Assembly (NCBI GenBank): GCA_964016885.1 | Contig: OZ024741.1 | Location: 277,574,001-277,638,000 of the forward strand | DNA length: 64,000 bases | From: Eledone cirrhosa | Lineage: Eukaryota | Direction: 5' to 3' | Part shown: positions 1-16,918 of the stretch, piece by piece | Layout of the letters: each line of letters starts with the position of its first letter | How positions within the stretch are numbered: position 1 is the first letter of the stretch | The notes under the pieces: generated by a model | Databases searched by the model: none | What the model was told of the DNA's origin: nothing | What the model saw: only the letters and a program-made list of their open reading frames with translations | Made by a program: the position numbers and the translations under genes

Positions 1-180
1 AAGAAGAAAAGGAATAAAGACGATGTACAAGACAAGTTTACACACACATACCTCCCCTCCCCCCCCCACACACACACACATACGCACATACACACGTATA
101 AGTGTGTGTGTGGGGAGGGGGGGTTCAAAAGAGTGCACAGCACAGAGACAATGAAAAGAACAACAAAAAGACGGACAGTC

Positions 181-250
181 ACATCTCCTCAGTCAACCTC
201 TAGAAATCACTACTGTTTCGGCGCATTAAGGTCGATGCCATTCATTCCAG
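181..250 (-). ncRNA. Rearranged hammerhead-like motif, degenerate copy
   Basis: Minus strand reads aatggc-A-tcgacctt-aatgcgcc-GAAAC-22 nt-CTGAGGA; tcgacctt pairs with gaggttga immediately 5' of the core; cleavage triplet appears mutated (GCA). Confidence 0.55.
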
Positions 251-305
251 TGTACATTGGGACATAACAAATTTGGTAAAGACAAGTTATGCCTTTAAAC
301 GAATT

Positions 306-447
306 ACATAAATAAAGGTGACGTACAAGACAAGTTTACACACAAATACCTTCACCCTCATCGTGCGAAACCATTTTGCCGATTTTGGAGCTGATGTAGG
401 TGAAGATCTGTGTGTAAACTTGTCTTGTACATCGCCTTTATTTATTT
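306..447. repeat. Short inverted repeat, with a direct copy at 14-46
   Basis: aataaaggtgacgtacaagacaagtttacacaca (~311-344) is inverted at ~409-442 and repeated directly at the window start. Confidence 0.7.
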
Positions 448-651
448 CCTACTTCCAGTCACTTCTGTGCGCCAGCGCATTTCTTGTCCGTCTATATTTC
501 ATCTGCCTGTCCCCCACTTTGTGGATTCTCTCTCTGTTGACCACTCACCGCTGGTCTTTGTACTCTGAAGCATTTTGTCCTATCGTAGTCTTTGATAGTA
601 TTTAGCTGTTTTAACGGCTGTTCTGGCGATGAGTGTTCACATATATATATA

Positions 652-703
<52 letters not shown>

Positions 704-749
704 CACGTATGTTTAGAAAACGGCGAGCGGAATTTGAAAATTGAATTGA

Positions 750-1040
750 GTGGTTGTGTTAGGTGGTTGGGTGGTTGGATGGTTTGGTGGGGTAGTTGGT
801 TAGTTGGGTAGGTAGTTGGCTGGTTGCATTGCTGGATGGTTGGATGGTTAGATGGTTGGGTGGTTAGGTGGTTGGGTGGTTAGGTGGTTGGGTGGTTGTG
901 TTAGGTGGCTGAGTGGTTGGATGGTTGGATGGTTTGGTGGTTGGTTAGTTGGGTTGTCGGGTGTTGTGTGGATAGTTGGCTGGTTGGGTGGTTGGCTGGG
1001 TGGTTGGCTGTCGGGTGGCTGTATTCCTGGGTGGCTTGGG
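750..1040. repeat. (GGTT)n-like degenerate microsatellite
   Basis: Tandem ggtt/ggtg/ggat units. Confidence 0.85.
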
Positions 1041-1289
1041 TAATGTCTACACTGGAATGTGTGCAGTCGATGGATTCAAGGTCTTCGATTTCTGACACAA
1101 AGATATCGGGATGTTTTTCCTGCACGTATTGGTTCTACTCTTCTTGGTCGATTGATTGATTAATTGATCGAAGTAACAATCGATCACTATTCATCACCAC
1201 CACCACCATTATCTACAACACCCCAACGAACCAAAACTACAGTTACCAACACCAATAGCCTCATGCAGCTAACACCTACACGAATACTA

Positions 1290-2310
1290 CCTACACCACC
1301 ACCACCACCGCCACTAAAACACAGCTAACCAACACCACACCAGCACCACCGACAACATCAACACCAACACCAGCACCACCGACAACACCACCACCACCAC
1401 TAAAACACAGCTAACCAACACCAACACCAACACCACCGCCGCCACTAAAACACAGCTAACCAACACCAACACCAACACCACCACCACCACCGCCACTAAA
1501 ACACGGCTAACCAACACCAACACCACCACCACCACCGCCACTAAAACACAGCTAACCAACACCAACACCACCACCACCACCGCCACTAAAATACAGCTAA
1601 CCAACACCAGCACCAACACCAACACCAACACCACCGACAACACCACCACCACCACCACTAAAACACAGCTAACCAACACCAACACCACCACCACCACCGT
1701 CACTAAAATACAGCTAACCAACACCACCACTAATACCACCGACACCACCACCACCATCACCACCGTCACTAAAATACAGCTAACCAACACCACCACTAAT
1801 ACCACCGACACCACCACCACCATCACCACCGTCATTAAAATACAGCTAACCAACACCACCACTAATACCACCGACACCACCACCACCACCACCGCCACTA
1901 AAATACAGCTAACCAACACCAACACCACCGACACCACCACCACCACCACCAGTTACTAAAAAACAGCTAACCAACACCAACACCAATACCACCGACAACA
2001 CCACCACCATCAAACTACAGTGAACCAATACCAATACCAACACGAACTCTCGTTACCGAAATGAAAGTCAACAATACCAACACCAATACCACCAACCACA
2101 CCACCACCTACATCACTACCAAAACTACCACCTACACCACTACCGCTTACATCACTGCACAATAACATCAGCACCAACAAAACCACTACCAGCAACCACT
2201 GACGCCAACAATACTACAACTTACATCACTAGCAAAACCACCACCTACACCACTACCAAAATCGCCTCCTACATCAACAATACTGCCACCTCACCACTAC
2301 TCCCACCAAC
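1290..2310. repeat. ACC-rich minisatellite (core actaaaacacagctaaccaacacc)
   Basis: Core repeated more than 10 times, separated by (ACC)n. Confidence 0.9.
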
Positions 2311-3809
2311 AATTCAGGTACAACACATGTTTTACCATCTGAGGGTGTAGGCATGCATGCATGGTCTCGTGACATACGGCGTTTCTATGACATTTTTTTT
2401 TAAACCTGGCAAAGCCCATCTCTCTAGGTTTGAATAGAGCAAATTTCTTCCGGAGAAGGATAGAGAAGTGAGAGAGAGGAAGTGAGAAAGAGATATAGAG
2501 GAAGAATCACTACTAGACTGAGGTCGATAAAAAAGTACCAGTCTAGTAGTGATTCTTCCTTTATATCTCTTTCTCATTGAGGTCGATAAAAAAGTACCAA
2601 TGTTGACCTCAGTGAGAGTACAGGTGCAACGTGAAATAAAGTGTCTTGCTCAAAGATCAAACTCACCTCTTACGATCGGGAGCCGAACACCCTACCCATT
2701 AAGCCACACACATTCACCACTTCTATACAACATTGTACTACATGCAAAAGTGTCATGCAATCTCACTTTTGCTCGGAGAGAGAATCCCTTTGTTATCAGT
2801 AGAAATAACAGCTCCCTGAGCTGTTACTTGAGCTACTACGCTTTCAGAATAACATCCCCCACTGTCTATTTCTTCTCCATTCACATTGTTTTGATGTTCT
2901 TGATAATTCTTGTCCTTGTTTTGATGTTCTTGATGTTCTCGAACCTGACGATACTTGAGATCTCGACGGCAATCGGTTCGAAAAGGAAGCAGTTTCCAGA
3001 GCAGACATAGTAAAGAGAAGTTTCTAAGAACCGCTTTTTAGTGATGACTACTTTGGAGGATGCTGTGGTCAACAACACACGTCTGTCAGACAGACAGACG
3101 TTTCTCTCTCTCTCTCGCTCTCATAACAAACTCTCCCTCTCTCTCATAAACTCTTCCTATACACTCACGCTTCTACATAAACACGGATGTTCTGTCGTCT
3201 CTCTCCATATACGCATACATAACACACACGTCTCTCCTTTTTCTCAAAAACACACAAACTCTTCCCCCCTCCTCCTCTCTCTCTCTTTCTTTCTTTCTTT
3301 CTATTTGTCTCCCTCCCTCTTTCTCCATGCACACAACTCTCATATAGAAATTTTTATTTTCTACTTATACACACGCACTCATTTTTCTCTTTCACTCGCT
3401 GACTGTCATTGTCTGTCTCTCTACTCAACTGTACGTACTCAGAGAAATATACTCCATAACATATACACCACTGATATAAAAATGTTGGTTTCTGGTTGGA
3501 ACCTCCAGGTTTCCTGCACTGGAAGAGCCTGGTTAAGAGTCTATACGGTTACGTGACACAGCCCAGACACCTTGTAACTATGTTATGACACCAACCAGCA
3601 TGTTACAGAGGGTGTTTAAAGACTCAAAGGTTCATAAAACCGACTACAAACTGATTATATATGCAACGGATGTCCTGTCCTAATATATTACAAAATCTAC
3701 AGTAGTTTCGAATTCAATTTTTATCTAATTTAACCACGGTAATTGTAATTACATTTGATGTATTAATATTTAGTAAAGGAAAGATTAAACTTGATCTAAT
3801 ACCGGGGGT

Positions 3810-4530
3810 TTTCAGAGGATGAAATTTGACCTCGGGTGAGATTTGGACTTGGGGCGTAAAGATCTAGAACAAATATCGCAAAGCAATTTTATCCGAACTA
3901 ACGATATTACAAATCCACTTTTAGAAGGATAAAAGGCAAAGTTAACTTTTGCGGAATTTGAACTCGGAACCTAAGAGCCAGAATGCCTCAACATTTTATC
4001 CGAATTTCTAATTATTCTACCAATCATTTGAATTAACGATTCTGTCAATCTGCTGATTTAAGCACGAGGCTAGCAATTTGGAGGGAGAGGACAGTCGATT
4101 AAATCGATTAGTACTTTATTTTATCGACCCCGTAAAGATGAAAAGCAAAGCTAACCTCCGTGGGTTTTGAACTTAGAACGTAAAGGAACATATGTCGCAA
4201 AGCAAGTTGTGCGCTCTACCAATACTGTTAATACCGCCATTATATATTGCCCTGATAATGAAAATACACGGGGTAAATTACTGGTACCGGATAAAGGCCT
4301 GTATTCATTTGTATTATATATACTATATATATATACTATATATACGAATAATTATTTCTACTTTTGGCACAAGGCCAGCAATTATGCCAATGCATTACTG
4401 GTACTTTATTTTATCGACCCCGTAAGGCAAAGTTAACCTCGGCGGGATTTGAACTCAGACCATAAAGGGCCGCAACTCTTTGCTGCAAAGCATTGCGTCC
4501 GACCCTCTACCGATACTGCCAATCTGCCAT
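3810..4530 (-). mobile_element. Cluster of about four tRNA-derived SINE copies/fragments
   Basis: Repeated core tttattttatcgaccccgtaagg...aaagttaacctcggcgggatttgaactcag (reverse complement contains B-box gagttcaaatccc); most complete copy 4355-4530. Confidence 0.8.
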
Positions 4531-4702
4531 ATTATATATATATATACATATATATACAAATAATATACATATATATATATAAGAAAGTGTTTTTTTTTTA
4601 CAAAATGAAAAATAACCGGTGTCCTACACGAGTGAAAGTATAAAGAAAAAAAGATGCAATCGAAAATGCAACTGGAGTCTAATATATATATTTATTTGGT
4701 TC

Positions 4703-4735
4703 CTTTACCGATTTCGCAGTTCTGCTTTTCAAAAG
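4703..4735 (-). ncRNA. Minimal type I hammerhead, U3-A8 core variant (left arm)
   Basis: ctt-TTGAAAA-gcag aa ctgc-GAAAT-cg-GTA-aag. Confidence 0.5.
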
Positions 4736-5670
4736 TAGAATTGAGATGGAGGGTCTGGTTTTTCTCACATCTGGTTGCTCTCTGAATGTTACTTGTTTTA
4801 TATGGAAAAAGAAGTAATTTGATTGGTTGGTCAATAATTATGATAAATATCACGCCAGTTCGCGTTACAAAGTTCTTCAAACAAGGGGGGGGGGTCACAG
4901 GTTGGTTTTTTCGTTAAAAAGGAAATTATGGCTGTCACGTGAACAAGTTTTCATTAAATTTTTGCGCCGTTATTTGGAAATCTATTCTGTAGCCTTTTTA
5001 GAGAATTTTATGACAAGTAAAAGATAATGGTCAAGAGAAATTGGATGGGAGAATTGTTCTGGTTCAGTGAATATGGTTAGTTCGCTGGGGTGTCAGAAAA
5101 AAAGGGGCTCACGAAGGCTTTTTTTTAAGTAAAAAGAAATTCAAACACACACACAACACCAACACACACACACACACACACACACACAAGCACACAAATA
5201 AACATACATATCTTTACTTTCTTTATTCAATAGAGTATCTGAATTCTGACACCCCAGCGAACTAACCATATTCATATTCACTGAACCAGAACAATTCTCC
5301 CATCCAATTTCTCTTTTACTTGTCATGAAATTCTCTAAAAAGGCGACAAATAAGGGCGCGAAAATTTAATGAAAACTTGTTCACGTGAGAGCCATAATTT
5401 CATTTATAACCAATCAAATTACGTTTATTAAAAAAAAGCCTTCGCGAGCCCCCTTCTTTTTAAGTAAAAAGAAATTCAAACACTCATATATGAAAAAAAC
5501 AACCTGTGACACCTTCCCCCCCTTGTTTGAAGAACTTTGTAACGCGAACTGGCGCGAAATTTATTATAATTATTGACCAACCAATCAAATTACTTCTTTT
5601 TCCATAAAAACAAGTAACATTCAGAGACCAACTAGATGTGAGAAAAACCAGACCCTCCATCTCAACTCTA

Positions 5671-5704
5671 CTTTTGAAAAGCAGAAGAACTGCGAAACCG
5701 GTAA

Positions 5705-5706
<2 letters not shown>
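5671..5706 (+). ncRNA. Minimal type I hammerhead, U3-A8 core variant
   Basis: ctt-TTGAAAA-gcag aagaa ctgc-GAAAC-cg-GTA-aag; palindromic stem III ACCGGT; AATAAA at 5713-5718. Confidence 0.65.
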
Positions 5707-8390
<2,684 letters not shown>

Positions 8391-8448
8391 TGTTACTTAT
8401 GCGAGCGATAACAGATGATTGAAGGTAGGTACGGAAATTAAAACAGTG

Positions 8449-8578
<130 letters not shown>

Positions 8579-8689
8579 GCACAAATACACATACTTTCAC
8601 ACCTGATTTCGCCAATTGCCGGATAACATCAAAACAAAACACAGACACACACATGCACATACATACAAAAACACACACAAACACACACA

Positions 8690-8965
8690 ATCTATACTTA
8701 AAGCTGACGGTTGTATATATGTATGTATGTATGTCTCTATAATTTAACAGCTTTACTCTGTCGCTCTTCAATCTCTCTATGACAACACTTTTAGTTTCCG
8801 TATCTCCCTTCAATATATACAGAGAGAGAGAGAGATTAGGAAAACTACACACACATCTGCAGAGAGAGACAGAAAAAGAAGGAGGGGGAAAAGAGAGAGA
8901 TAGGCTGTTAGACAGAGAGATACAAATCCGTTAGACAGAGAGAGATAGAATTAAAGTGTTAGTTG

Positions 8966-9024
<59 letters not shown>

Positions 9025-9214
9025 GAGCGTCGTATGTATGTATTATGTATGTATGTATCCTACACACCTCCCTATAGTTTCTTAGCTTTACTTTCTGCGT
9101 CACTCTTCCCTCTCTATAATAGATCATTCTCCCTCTATAATTTAACTGCTTTACTCTCTGTCGCTCTCAGTCTGACAACATTTTAGTTTCCGTATCTCCC
9201 TTCAATATATACAC

Positions 9215-9279
<65 letters not shown>

Positions 9280-9678
9280 GAGAAAGATTAGGAAAACTAC
9301 ACACACACACATCTACAGAGAGAGACAGAAAACCAGAGGAAGGGAAAAAGAGAGAGATAGGCCGTTAGACAGAGAGAGATACCGTTAGACAGAGAGAGAT
9401 ACAATTAAAGTGTTAGATATTCAGAGAGAGAGAGACAGACCGAGAGAGACAGAGGGGGACCAGCAAGTGACCTATTTTCCAATGATGTTAAATCAAGTAT
9501 CGGCATTAAAATAATTTTGAAATAAACAATGTGTATGATCAAATGTAACGGTGATTGAAAAATAACGTTCATTTCCGTGGTATATCGTTCATCTGTCGTC
9601 GCTCACATAACACACACACACATACTTTCACGCCTGATTTCGCCAATTGCCAGATACATCAAAACAAAACACACACAT

Positions 9679-9732
<54 letters not shown>

Positions 9733-9837
9733 CTATACTTTATATGTATGTGTATGATCATTCCCCCTCCCTATAATTTAACTGCTTTACTCTGTCGCTC
9801 TTCACTCTTCAATATATACACTATCTCCCTTCAATAT

Positions 9838-9919
<82 letters not shown>

Positions 9920-10180
9920 GGAAAACTACACACACACATCTACAGAGAGAGACAGAAAAACAGAGGGAGGGGAAAAGAGGGAGATAGGCCGTTAGTCAGA
10001 GAGAGATACAATTAGCCAGAGAGATACAATTAAGCCAGAGAGAGATACAATTAAAGTGTTAGTTATTCAGAAAGAGAGAGATATTCGGAAGGACAATGTG
10101 ACACGGGAGGGTGTGTGGTATCTTTGCAGTGGAGTGGTGGGGGCAGGTAAACCTAGCCGGGCGCCAGCCGGACGGACCAG
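8690..10180 (+). mobile_element. Non-autonomous Helitron-like element with internal triplication
   Basis: Starts a|tctatacttaaagctga followed by (TATG)n; block ctccctt caatata-(GA)n-ttaggaaaactacac...aattaaagtgttag occurs three times; GC-rich hairpin-like end near 10150-10180; related inverted copies at 6250-6475 and 7635-7885. Confidence 0.45.
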
Positions 10181-10184
10181 GTAT

Positions 10185-10945
10185 CCCGTCAAGGGTGAAA
10201 GCAGCGATTCTTTGCTTAAACTTTACTGTTATTTTAATATATATATGATAATATATATATATATATATTACAAACGTATTTATTTCACGAGGCTCGATAA
10301 GGATAAATATTTATCAAATATATAAGTAATATATAGTAATGATAACAATAATAATAATAATAATAATAATAATACTGTGAAGACTGATTCATTTGTTATA
10401 TATATATAACAGATTAAAGTTTAAGCAAAGAATCGCTGCTTTCACTCTTACGGGATCTTCTGAAACTAAAGAAATCAATCTGTGAACGCAGAAGTAAATA
10501 TTTCGAAAAACACTCCTTGAAATATAAGTAATACACATGTAAAGTTTGAAAAAGATCGGTTGAGTACTTCTCGGGTTTCACACACACACACACAAATACA
10601 TACACACAAATACATCCTTCCTCAATTTTATATATATATTCATATATAGATTAAAATAACAGATTAAAGTTTAACCAAAGAATTGTTGCTTTCACCCTTA
10701 ACGGGATCTTCTGAAACTAAAAACATCAATCTGTGAACGCAGAAGTAAATATTTCGAAAAACGTTGTAACAGAAGGAAAACAGGAAGACGATACTTTGGT
10801 TCGTGAAGACGTTCCCTGACAATGAACGGAAAAAAAACGAAGATAATACGTCATCAATGTTCGTCAGAATGTAAAGCAGACAGCCAGGCATACAGACAGA
10901 TATTATAAGAGCGCGACGGAGATGGATAACCGGCGCCTAACACCC
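10185..10945. mobile_element. Fragments of the Helitron-like family seen at 58580-59318
   Basis: aaagtttaagcaaagaatcgctgctttca...cgggatcttctgaaact at 10415 and 10665, inverted at 10185-10240. Confidence 0.6.
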
Positions 10946-11175
10946 CTTTAACAACAGAAAATTGAAAAATAAAAGCTGCAGTTAATATCTTTAGACCGCA
11001 AGGAATATATATATATATAAATATAAATATAAATATAATAAATATATATATAAATATATAAATATATATATATACATATAAATATATAAATATATATATA
11101 TACATATAAATATATAAATATATATATATACATATAAATATATAAATATATATATATACATATATACATATATAC

Positions 11176-11209
<34 letters not shown>

Positions 11210-11379
11210 GTATATATGTATATATGTATATATGGTATGGTGGGACAAAAAACTTACTTAGAAAACAACAACCTCTTAACCCTGATAATATTCTCCCGCT
11301 ACGTTGATATAAACATCGTAGTAACAATATACATTTATACATATATATATACATAAATAATATACTTATATATATATAC

Positions 11380-11420
<41 letters not shown>

Positions 11421-11439
11421 TATACACATATATATTATG

Positions 11440-11612
11440 CAGTATCGGTAGAGGGTCGGACGCCATGCTTTGCAGCAAAGAGTTACGGCCCTTTATGGTC
11501 TGAATTCAAATCCCGTCGATGTTAACTTTGCCTTTCATCCTTACGGGGTCGATAAAATAAAGTACCAGTAATGTACTGGTATAATTGCTGGCCTTATGCC
11601 AAATGTAGAAAC
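11440..11612 (+). mobile_element. tRNA-derived SINE
   Basis: gcagtatcggtagag...tgaattcaaatccc...ggtcgataaaataaagtaccag. Confidence 0.85.
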
Positions 11613-11861
11613 AGTTTTATATATACTAGCAGAAAAAACCACCCTACCGGTGCATACTGATATTATACGCATGTAGATATGATACAACAAATAAAATCGT
11701 AATTGACAATATACACAGAAATTAAACGAAGACTGCGTTACACTCTCTTATGTAATCAGTAACGTAATCCATGATACATTTAAAAAAAGACGATATTATA
11801 TATAAACTGCATTCGGAGAAAATTAGTGACGGAAATATATGAATGTTAAATATATATATAG

Positions 11862-11892
<31 letters not shown>

Positions 11893-11907
11893 TACATATA
11901 TGGATAA

Positions 11908-11940
<33 letters not shown>

Positions 11941-13373
11941 TACAAATATATATATATATACAAATATATATATATACACACACATACAAATATATATATA
12001 TATACAAATATATATATATACATTATATATATATATATTATATATATATACAAATATATATATACAAATATATATATATACAAATATATATATATACAAA
12101 TATTATATATACACACATATATACAACTAATATATATATATACAAATATTTTCGAGGCCAAGGACACCAGAAGTCTCCACTGCCAAAGGCACGGTGTATT
12201 TTCATTATCAGAGCAATTTAATCATTTAATCCTAGCTGGTTAGCGTCCCAATTTTCCCAAAAACTATTTTATATGGTTGAAGTTAACTCAGGAACGTAAA
12301 GAGCCAGAACAAATACATAGCAAATTTAAACTCAAGAGCCTAAAGGGAGCTGGATGGAACAAATATCGCAAATATGTCTATACGTGTGTGGGGGCGGGGT
12401 TGAGTGTATGCTCGCGAGTAGAATCGAATGCTTACCTATCATAAAGTCGGTGTTGATCATAGACAAGTCTGCAGTCTATAGATCCTGTGTTGGTGTCTGC
12501 TGAAATCTTGACGATATGAAGATAAAGTCAAATCGTGATGCCTATTAATAAGGGAAATCAGCAAATTATGACGTCATAATAGGGCGATACCAAAACGTTC
12601 AAACGAAATTCATGGCAAACGGATAAATCACCATTTTATTACCTCCCTTTAGTTCTTTTCATTAAAAAAAATTAAGATTGAAATGACGTCATAATGAATT
12701 TTTATTTGTTTATTTTTTGCTTAATGAAATCATAACACGTTAAAAGAGAGGTGCAGTTTGACTACCTCATACCACTCCTCTCTCTTTACGTCTGCTGCTT
12801 GCGTGAATGTATGTGTGTGTAAAAGGAAGGAAAGGGTGGTGAAAAAACTATAGCAAAATAGCAGCTAGCGTTCTATTTGTTATGCTGTGTATGTGTGTGT
12901 ATGAATGTATGTGTGTGTTTGTGTGAATGTATGTCTGAGAGTGTATTTTTGTAAGTGTATTTTTGTAAGGGTTTGCACGTTTATATTTATATACTCATAC
13001 ATATAAATATATGCACATACACACACGCACACACATATACATACGCATCAGCATGTTGAAAAAAATCCTAGTTTAATAAAAAATTTTAGTTATTTACTGT
13101 ATTGAAAACTTTTGTTACACCACACACTCGTCCAAGTTTAGCTGGACTACTACGAGGCTAAATCTTATATGAGGTTTTTCTTGCGTTTTAAGAATAGCAG
13201 CAAATGGCCTAATGGTTAGGCCTGGGTAGGCTGCTGCACTGTGTTCTTAAGCAAAACCTTTATTTCACGTTGCTCTAGTACATTCAGCTATAACCTACTT
13301 GTATAGATGCATATAGACATGCATACACACATACCTAAATATACATATTTTTTCCGGTTCCTTGCTCCCGGTA

Positions 13374-13420
13374 CAGGTTGAATAAGTTGGCCTTCCGGGC
13401 CAACGAAACGGGCATTCCTG
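13374..13420 (+). ncRNA. Type I hammerhead-like motif with variant core UUGAAUAA
   Basis: cagg-TTGAATAA-gttggcc ttccg ggccaac-GAAAC-gggc-ATT-cctg; stems I (4 bp) and II (7 bp) are perfect, stem III weak. Confidence 0.5.
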
Positions 13421-13580
13421 GTATGGCTCCGTTGTAGTAACTGGTCTTAATAATTATATTTAGCAACCACGAAAGGATTAAAGGCAAAGTTGGCCTCGGC
13501 AGGATTTGAACTCAGAGCGCAGAGAACTGGAACAAATGCCGAGGCATTTTTAATCCGACATCCCAACGACTCTGCCAATG

Positions 13581-13813
13581 CTTCTTCTTCTTCTTCTTCT
13601 TCTTCTTCTTCGCCAGATTATTCCTGGGAGGATTGTGGGGACAGCGTCCTCAAACACTCCTTCCAGAGGGTCCTGTCAGAAGCAACCGTCTCCAAATGAT
13701 CCGACTGAATCACTGAGCGAGACCAACCGGATTCATGGATGTTATCCAACCATCTTGCTCGTAGTTTACCTTGGCGTCTCATGCTGGTTGGTTTTGCTCG
13801 TAAATTCTGTCCA
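13581..13813 (-). mobile_element. RTE-like LINE 3' fragment with (GAA)n tail
   Basis: Encodes GKLRARWLDNI...LWKECLRTL; homologous to 62914-63165. Confidence 0.75.
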
Positions 13814-13954
13814 ACAAAAGCAACAATACCAGCAGCAGCGAAAACAATAGCAACAAAAGCAACGGCAGTAGTAGCAGCAGCAACAACAGCAACTACTACA
13901 ACTACAACAACAACAAAAACAACAGAACAGTAGCAACATGAAATAATAATTATT

Positions 13955-14130
13955 TCTACTTTAGGCACAAGGCCAGCAATTATTCCAGTGTATTACTGGT
14001 ACTTTATTTTATCGACCCCGTAAGGATGAAAGGCAAAGTTAACCTCGGCGGGATTTGAACTCAGACCATAAAGGGCCGTAACTCTTTGTTGCAAATCATG
14101 GCGTTCGACTCTCTACCGATACTGCCAATC
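13955..14130 (-). mobile_element. tRNA-derived SINE
   Basis: Same core as 11440-11612 in reverse; further copies at 13470-13580, 20995-21100 and 53057-53146. Confidence 0.85.
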
Positions 14131-14159
14131 AAGGGAAATAATAATGTAATAAGTAGGCC

Positions 14160-15410
14160 AAACAACCAGCCAGTCACTACCACCCCCAACAAAAACAACA
14201 ACAACAACACTACCAACACCGCCTTTAACATCACCATTAATACCAACAGCACCACCACAAACAACAATACTACCACCATCGCCGTCGCCACCTACAACAA
14301 TACCACCACCATCAACGACACCACTCATACCATTACCATCACCACCAACATCAACAGCATCACCACAAATAACAACAACAACAACCACACTGCCGCCACC
14401 ACCACCACCACCACCACCTACAGCGACAACAATACTACACCATCGACACCAACACCAATACAATTGCCACCACCACCAACATTAAGAGCACTACCTCAAA
14501 CAACAACACTACCACCACCACCGCCACCGCCGCCGCCGCCACCACCACCACCTACAATAACGACATTACCACCACCACCACCACCACCACCACCGCCGCC
14601 GCCGCCACCACCTACAATAACGACATTACCACCACCACCACCACCACCACCACCGCCGCCGCCGCCACCACCTACAACAACGACATTACCACCACCACCA
14701 CCACCACCACCACCACCGCCGCCGCCACCACCTACAACAACGACATTACCACCACCACCACCGCCACCGCCGCCGCCGCCACCACCACCACCTACAATAA
14801 CGACATTACCACCACCACCACCGCCGCCGCCGCCACCACCTACAATAACGACATTACCACCACCACCACCGCCGCCGCCGCCGCCACCACCTACAATAAC
14901 GACATTACCACCACCACCACCGCCGCCGCCGCCGCCACCACCTACAATAACGACATTACCACCACCACCGCCGCCGCCGCCACCACCTACAATAACGACA
15001 TTACCACCACCACCACCGCCGCCGCCGCCGCCACCACCTACAATAACGACATTACCACCACCACCATCGCCGCCGCCGCCGCCACCACCACCACCTACAA
15101 TAACGACATTACCACCACCACCACCACCACCGCCGCCGCCGCCGCCACCACCTACAACAACGACATTACCACCACCACCACCACCGCCGCCGCCGCCGCC
15201 GCCGCCACCACCTACAACAACGACATTACCACCACCACCACCGCCGCCGCCGCCAACACCGCCACCACCACCACCGCCGCCGCCGCCACCGCCACCACCA
15301 CCTACAACAACAACACTACCACTATCAGTACCACCATCAACACCACCACCATAAACAACAATACCACCACCATAAACAACAACCAGCCAACCAGCCAACC
15401 ATCCAGCCAA
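14160..15410. repeat. (CCA/CCG)n minisatellite, ~48-60 bp unit with cctacaataacgacatta spacer
   Basis: About 13 units between 14500 and 15320, preceded by ACC/AAC-rich sequence. Confidence 0.9.
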
Positions 15411-15720
15411 TAGTTTTAATGTCAGCCTGTTTTGAAAGTAGAGAAGTTTCGTTTGAACTGAGGTAACTTTTAAGTGAAGACGTTTGATATTACACTACAA
15501 CCTGAGTGCTATTGATTTTTACTGTCTTTCCTTCTTTATTCAATCCATTTATTTATTTATTTATTTGTTTATTTTTGTTTTTGTTTGTTTTTGTTTTGGG
15601 GATATTTTTTCCTCTTTCAGTCGTAATAAAAAGAATGAAAGTACAAGAATAAAAGTGCAAACTGTCCTCAACGATGGCGACTAGAGCAGTGGTCGTAGAA
15701 GGTATCCGGTGTGATCCATT

Positions 15721-16000
15721 TATGAGATGCAGCCTCATGGGAGGGCGGTTAGACCTACATAGGTGTGAGCTGTAGCAACAACATCTGCCCCTGTCGTTAA
15801 AACTCCCGATAAACCTCTTATGAGATGCAACTTCATAGGAAGGGCAGCTAAACCAAAATAGATGCGAGTTGCTCCTATCGTTAAAACTCCCAATAACCCT
15901 CTATGAGATGCAGCTTCGTAGAGAAGACAGTTAAACCTAACAGATGTGAGCTGAAACAATATGTGTGCCCCTTATCATTAAAACACCCGAGAAACCTCCT
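15721..16000. repeat. Three diverged tandem copies of an 84-98 bp unit
   Basis: tatgagatgca...tcgttaaaactcc...aaccct starting at 15721, 15819 and 15902. Confidence 0.75.
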
Positions 16001-16872
16001 ATAATTTTTTTCTGCCCCGTCAATGAACAACGGCCAATTCAGAAGTGCTTTTGTGTTTTCCAGTGGTCAAAATACACTTACATGAAATGAAATAAAAACT
16101 TTACAGTTCACACCTATGATATCCTCTTTGTTACATCTCATAGGAGGTTTCCCGTTTTTTTGTTTTTTTTAAGGATTGTTACCACAGCCCACACGTATGA
16201 AGGCTCAGCTGAACTTTTATGAGGCTGTATTTCCCATGAGGCTTCACGGGTGTTTTAGTGATACGAGTCCGAGTCCTATCATGAAAAGTAACGTTAAATG
16301 AAGTAATAAATGACTGATAAGTTTCACAAAATTGGTACAATGTGGTAGAAATAACCAAGGGCAAATGATGACTAATAAAACAAAACAAAGTCATGAGTTA
16401 CCCAGTATGATATTTCAAGGCTATTACCCACTTTTCAAATGTGAAACGGAAACGGTTCAAAACAAAAACAAACGATCGATGTGTTCTTCCTTAACTGGTC
16501 TACGTGACTGAAATATGCGTGGGTGAAGTCATTATGGTAGCCAATCTGCTTCATGCATTTCCAATATATTATTTAGCTGTGTTTTTTTTTTTTTCTTGTT
16601 TTTTCTTTTTTCTTGATAATGACCTCATTGATTATTAAATTACTTTGTTTTGTTTTATTTGTCATCTTTTGCCCTTTATATATTTCTACCGCATTGTTCT
16701 GGGAGGCAGCCTGCAATATAATGACGTGACAATGAGTAAAGACTGAAAGTATCCATGGTGGACCGGCAGCGGTATTTGTTAATTATTTACGTATTTTGTC
16801 CTCGCAATGTAATTTCACATAAGATCTGTTTCTTTTTTGTAACTAACTTGATCTACACTGTGACCACACTCC

Positions 16873-16918
<46 letters not shown>

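Noticed and set aside
1314-1949. Valine-rich 211-aa ORF
   Set aside because: Reverse translation of the ACC-rich minisatellite.
14086-15354. 422-aa proline-rich (formin/extensin-like) ORF
   Set aside because: Product of a (CCA/CCG)n minisatellite, starts inside a SINE and is open on both strands.
15721-16000. CRISPR-like array
   Set aside because: Whole units are homologous with no unique spacers, in a eukaryotic context.
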